This document shows, piece after piece, positions 62,275 to 64,000 of a DNA stretch of 64,000 bases. A model generated the notes under the pieces. It was given only the letters and a program-made list of their open reading frames with translations, had not been told where the DNA came from and did no database searches. The first letter of the stretch is position 1. Each line of letters opens with the position of its first letter. Source of the stretch: Euglena gracilis (lineage: Eukaryota); contig CP154954.1 of the NCBI GenBank assembly GCA_039621445.1, positions 17,142,589 through 17,206,588 of the forward strand. The letters are read 5' to 3'. The translations under genes and the position numbers were made by a program.

Positions 62275-63010
62275 CAACGGTGACATGTAATCTTTGCCGC
62301 TAACTGCAGGGCCTCGAGTCAGCCGCTGAAAATATGCGGGACACACACTGGATGACAGGAACGCACGCCCTTCGCCGCCTGCGTTGGAAATCCCAATCCA
62401 GATGGACTCACACCCAGCACCGAACCGCGCACACCTGCGCCTGCGGACATACACACTTCGTGTAGGTTGAGGGCTGGTTGAGGGAACCTGTGGCCTCGGA
62501 TGAAAACCCAGGCAGAGACGTGATGCTTCACGCAAGTGTCGTGCGCATGTGCGCGCGTTGCTCACCCCTCAGCTCTTCGTCTGCGTGGCCCCTATTTGAG
62601 GCCCCTGCCAGCAAGCACGACGCAGGGAGGCAGCCACTGTCCCCAGGCCCAGCACCGGGCGGCTGAGCCACAGAAGAGGTGTTTTGGTGGCCGGGGTTAC
62701 GCGACTGTCCGCCCAATTGGGGGTCTCTGAGAAAAGAGTCACATGTCTGAAAACGCACTGAACGGGCGGTTAAACCTCATTGAGCTGCACGGTAGAAACG
62801 TCCAACACGTTCTGAAACGCACCCCAAAGCGCTCTGATTTATTGCGACGGCTGACAGCTGACATTGGTACGGCAGTCGCAAGGCCTGATTTTGAGATACT
62901 CCCCAAACAGACCAGGTTTCCAGATGGCGCACAACATGAACACTTGCCAAAATAGAAAGCATCCAGGACCCAAAGTCAAAAAAACAAGGCCTTGCCCACG
63001 TTAACACCCA
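62275..63010. repeat. Dispersed repeat A, right (inverted) copy
   Basis: 62275-62897 is the reverse complement of 1-639. 62898-63010 continues the similarity to 33440-33570. Confidence 0.9.
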
Positions 63011-63823
63011 CTTTGCCCACCAACTGGGTTCCTGCAACCCCCGACCAGGTGGTCGTACGGCCAGGTGCCAAAAACAGCCAAATTTTCAAAGCCACCTACA
63101 ACCCCGACCAGGGGGCGGGTCGTACACACCCCTTACCAGCAACCCCCGACTGGGGGGTGGCCGTTGTTTAGGAGTGGTCGGTGGGCAAAGGGGGGGGTAA
63201 GGATGCCAAAAAAAAGGTCATCATTTCCTGGAGTTTTTTTGCCCGGCAGTAGCAGCACCGCACCCCCAAAAACTGTGCGCCTTTGGAAAAAATCTGGTCG
63301 AAGATATGATGTTTTTTCTGTGGGAATTATTTCCAGCAAAAATTGGGCAGAGATCTAAAAGGCCAGAAATTGCCAATTTTTGACAAAATTTTTAAAAATT
63401 GGCAAATTTGCAACAAAATAACGAAAAGAACACCAGGGTTCCTTGTACGTTACCGAAACTCATTTTGCCATTTTAGATTTATACGGAAAAACTGCAGAAA
63501 GGGAAAAAAATGCGAAAAAAAATTCGGAAAAAATCGGAAATTGCGGAAAAATTGCAGATATCAATTTACCCCTGCAGAAATGCAAAAAAAAAAAAATGGC
63601 GCAAAGCACTGGATGGAAAATTTTGATCTTTTAAGGGGGTCCCCGGTGCCCCCCTCCCCGCATTCAGTCTGAACCTCCCTTGGAAGATGGGGGGATCTGG
63701 ACCCCCACTCAAATCCAAGGGGGGGGGCACCCCCCACCTGAACCCATACACCCTCCTTATATTGCTTATATTGAACCCTACCTTGGGGTGCTCCCAGGGG
63801 GGAGGGGGTCTGGCAAAACCAAA

Positions 63824-63925
63824 TGTGTGTGTGTGTGTGCATGCATGTGTGCGTGCGTACGTGCGTGCGTACGTGCGTGCGTGCGTGTGTGCGTGCGTGC
63901 GTGCGTGCATACGTGCGTGCGTGCG
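63824..63925. repeat. (TG)n/(GTGC)n microsatellite
   Basis: Direct inspection. Confidence 0.95.
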
Positions 63926-64000
63926 GGTGCAGAAGGAATTGTGGGTGGCTAGCGCTAGTGCTGCCACCATTCCATAGACTGCTCCCAGTCAAGTCTGGCT

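Overview
Repeat-dominated eukaryotic-type DNA. I found no intact protein-coding gene, rRNA, tRNA or CRISPR array. The source organism cannot be determined from the sequence; a protist such as a euglenid is a low-confidence guess. Main contents: (i) three sequence blocks present twice in inverted orientation and mirror order (A 1-639/62275-62897, B 3603-5009/52734-54568, C 7436-11434/46158-50759); (ii) one element family carrying a 163-bp tandem array, seen at about 2.7, about 19 and about 31 units; (iii) many short non-autonomous DNA transposons, either CAGG...CCTG with 8-bp target-site duplications (hAT-like) or TA-inserting, often nested; (iv) microsatellites and low-complexity tracts, some probably long-read consensus artefacts; (v) decayed coding relics. 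The least explained signal is in block C: about 18 dispersed copies of a 20-bp pseudo-palindrome (YYAGGCGG-N4-CCGCSYAV) separated by unique sequence. Several of these lie inside short GT-AG intron-like segments of a decayed gene. Identities and copy numbers are by-eye estimates, not computed values.
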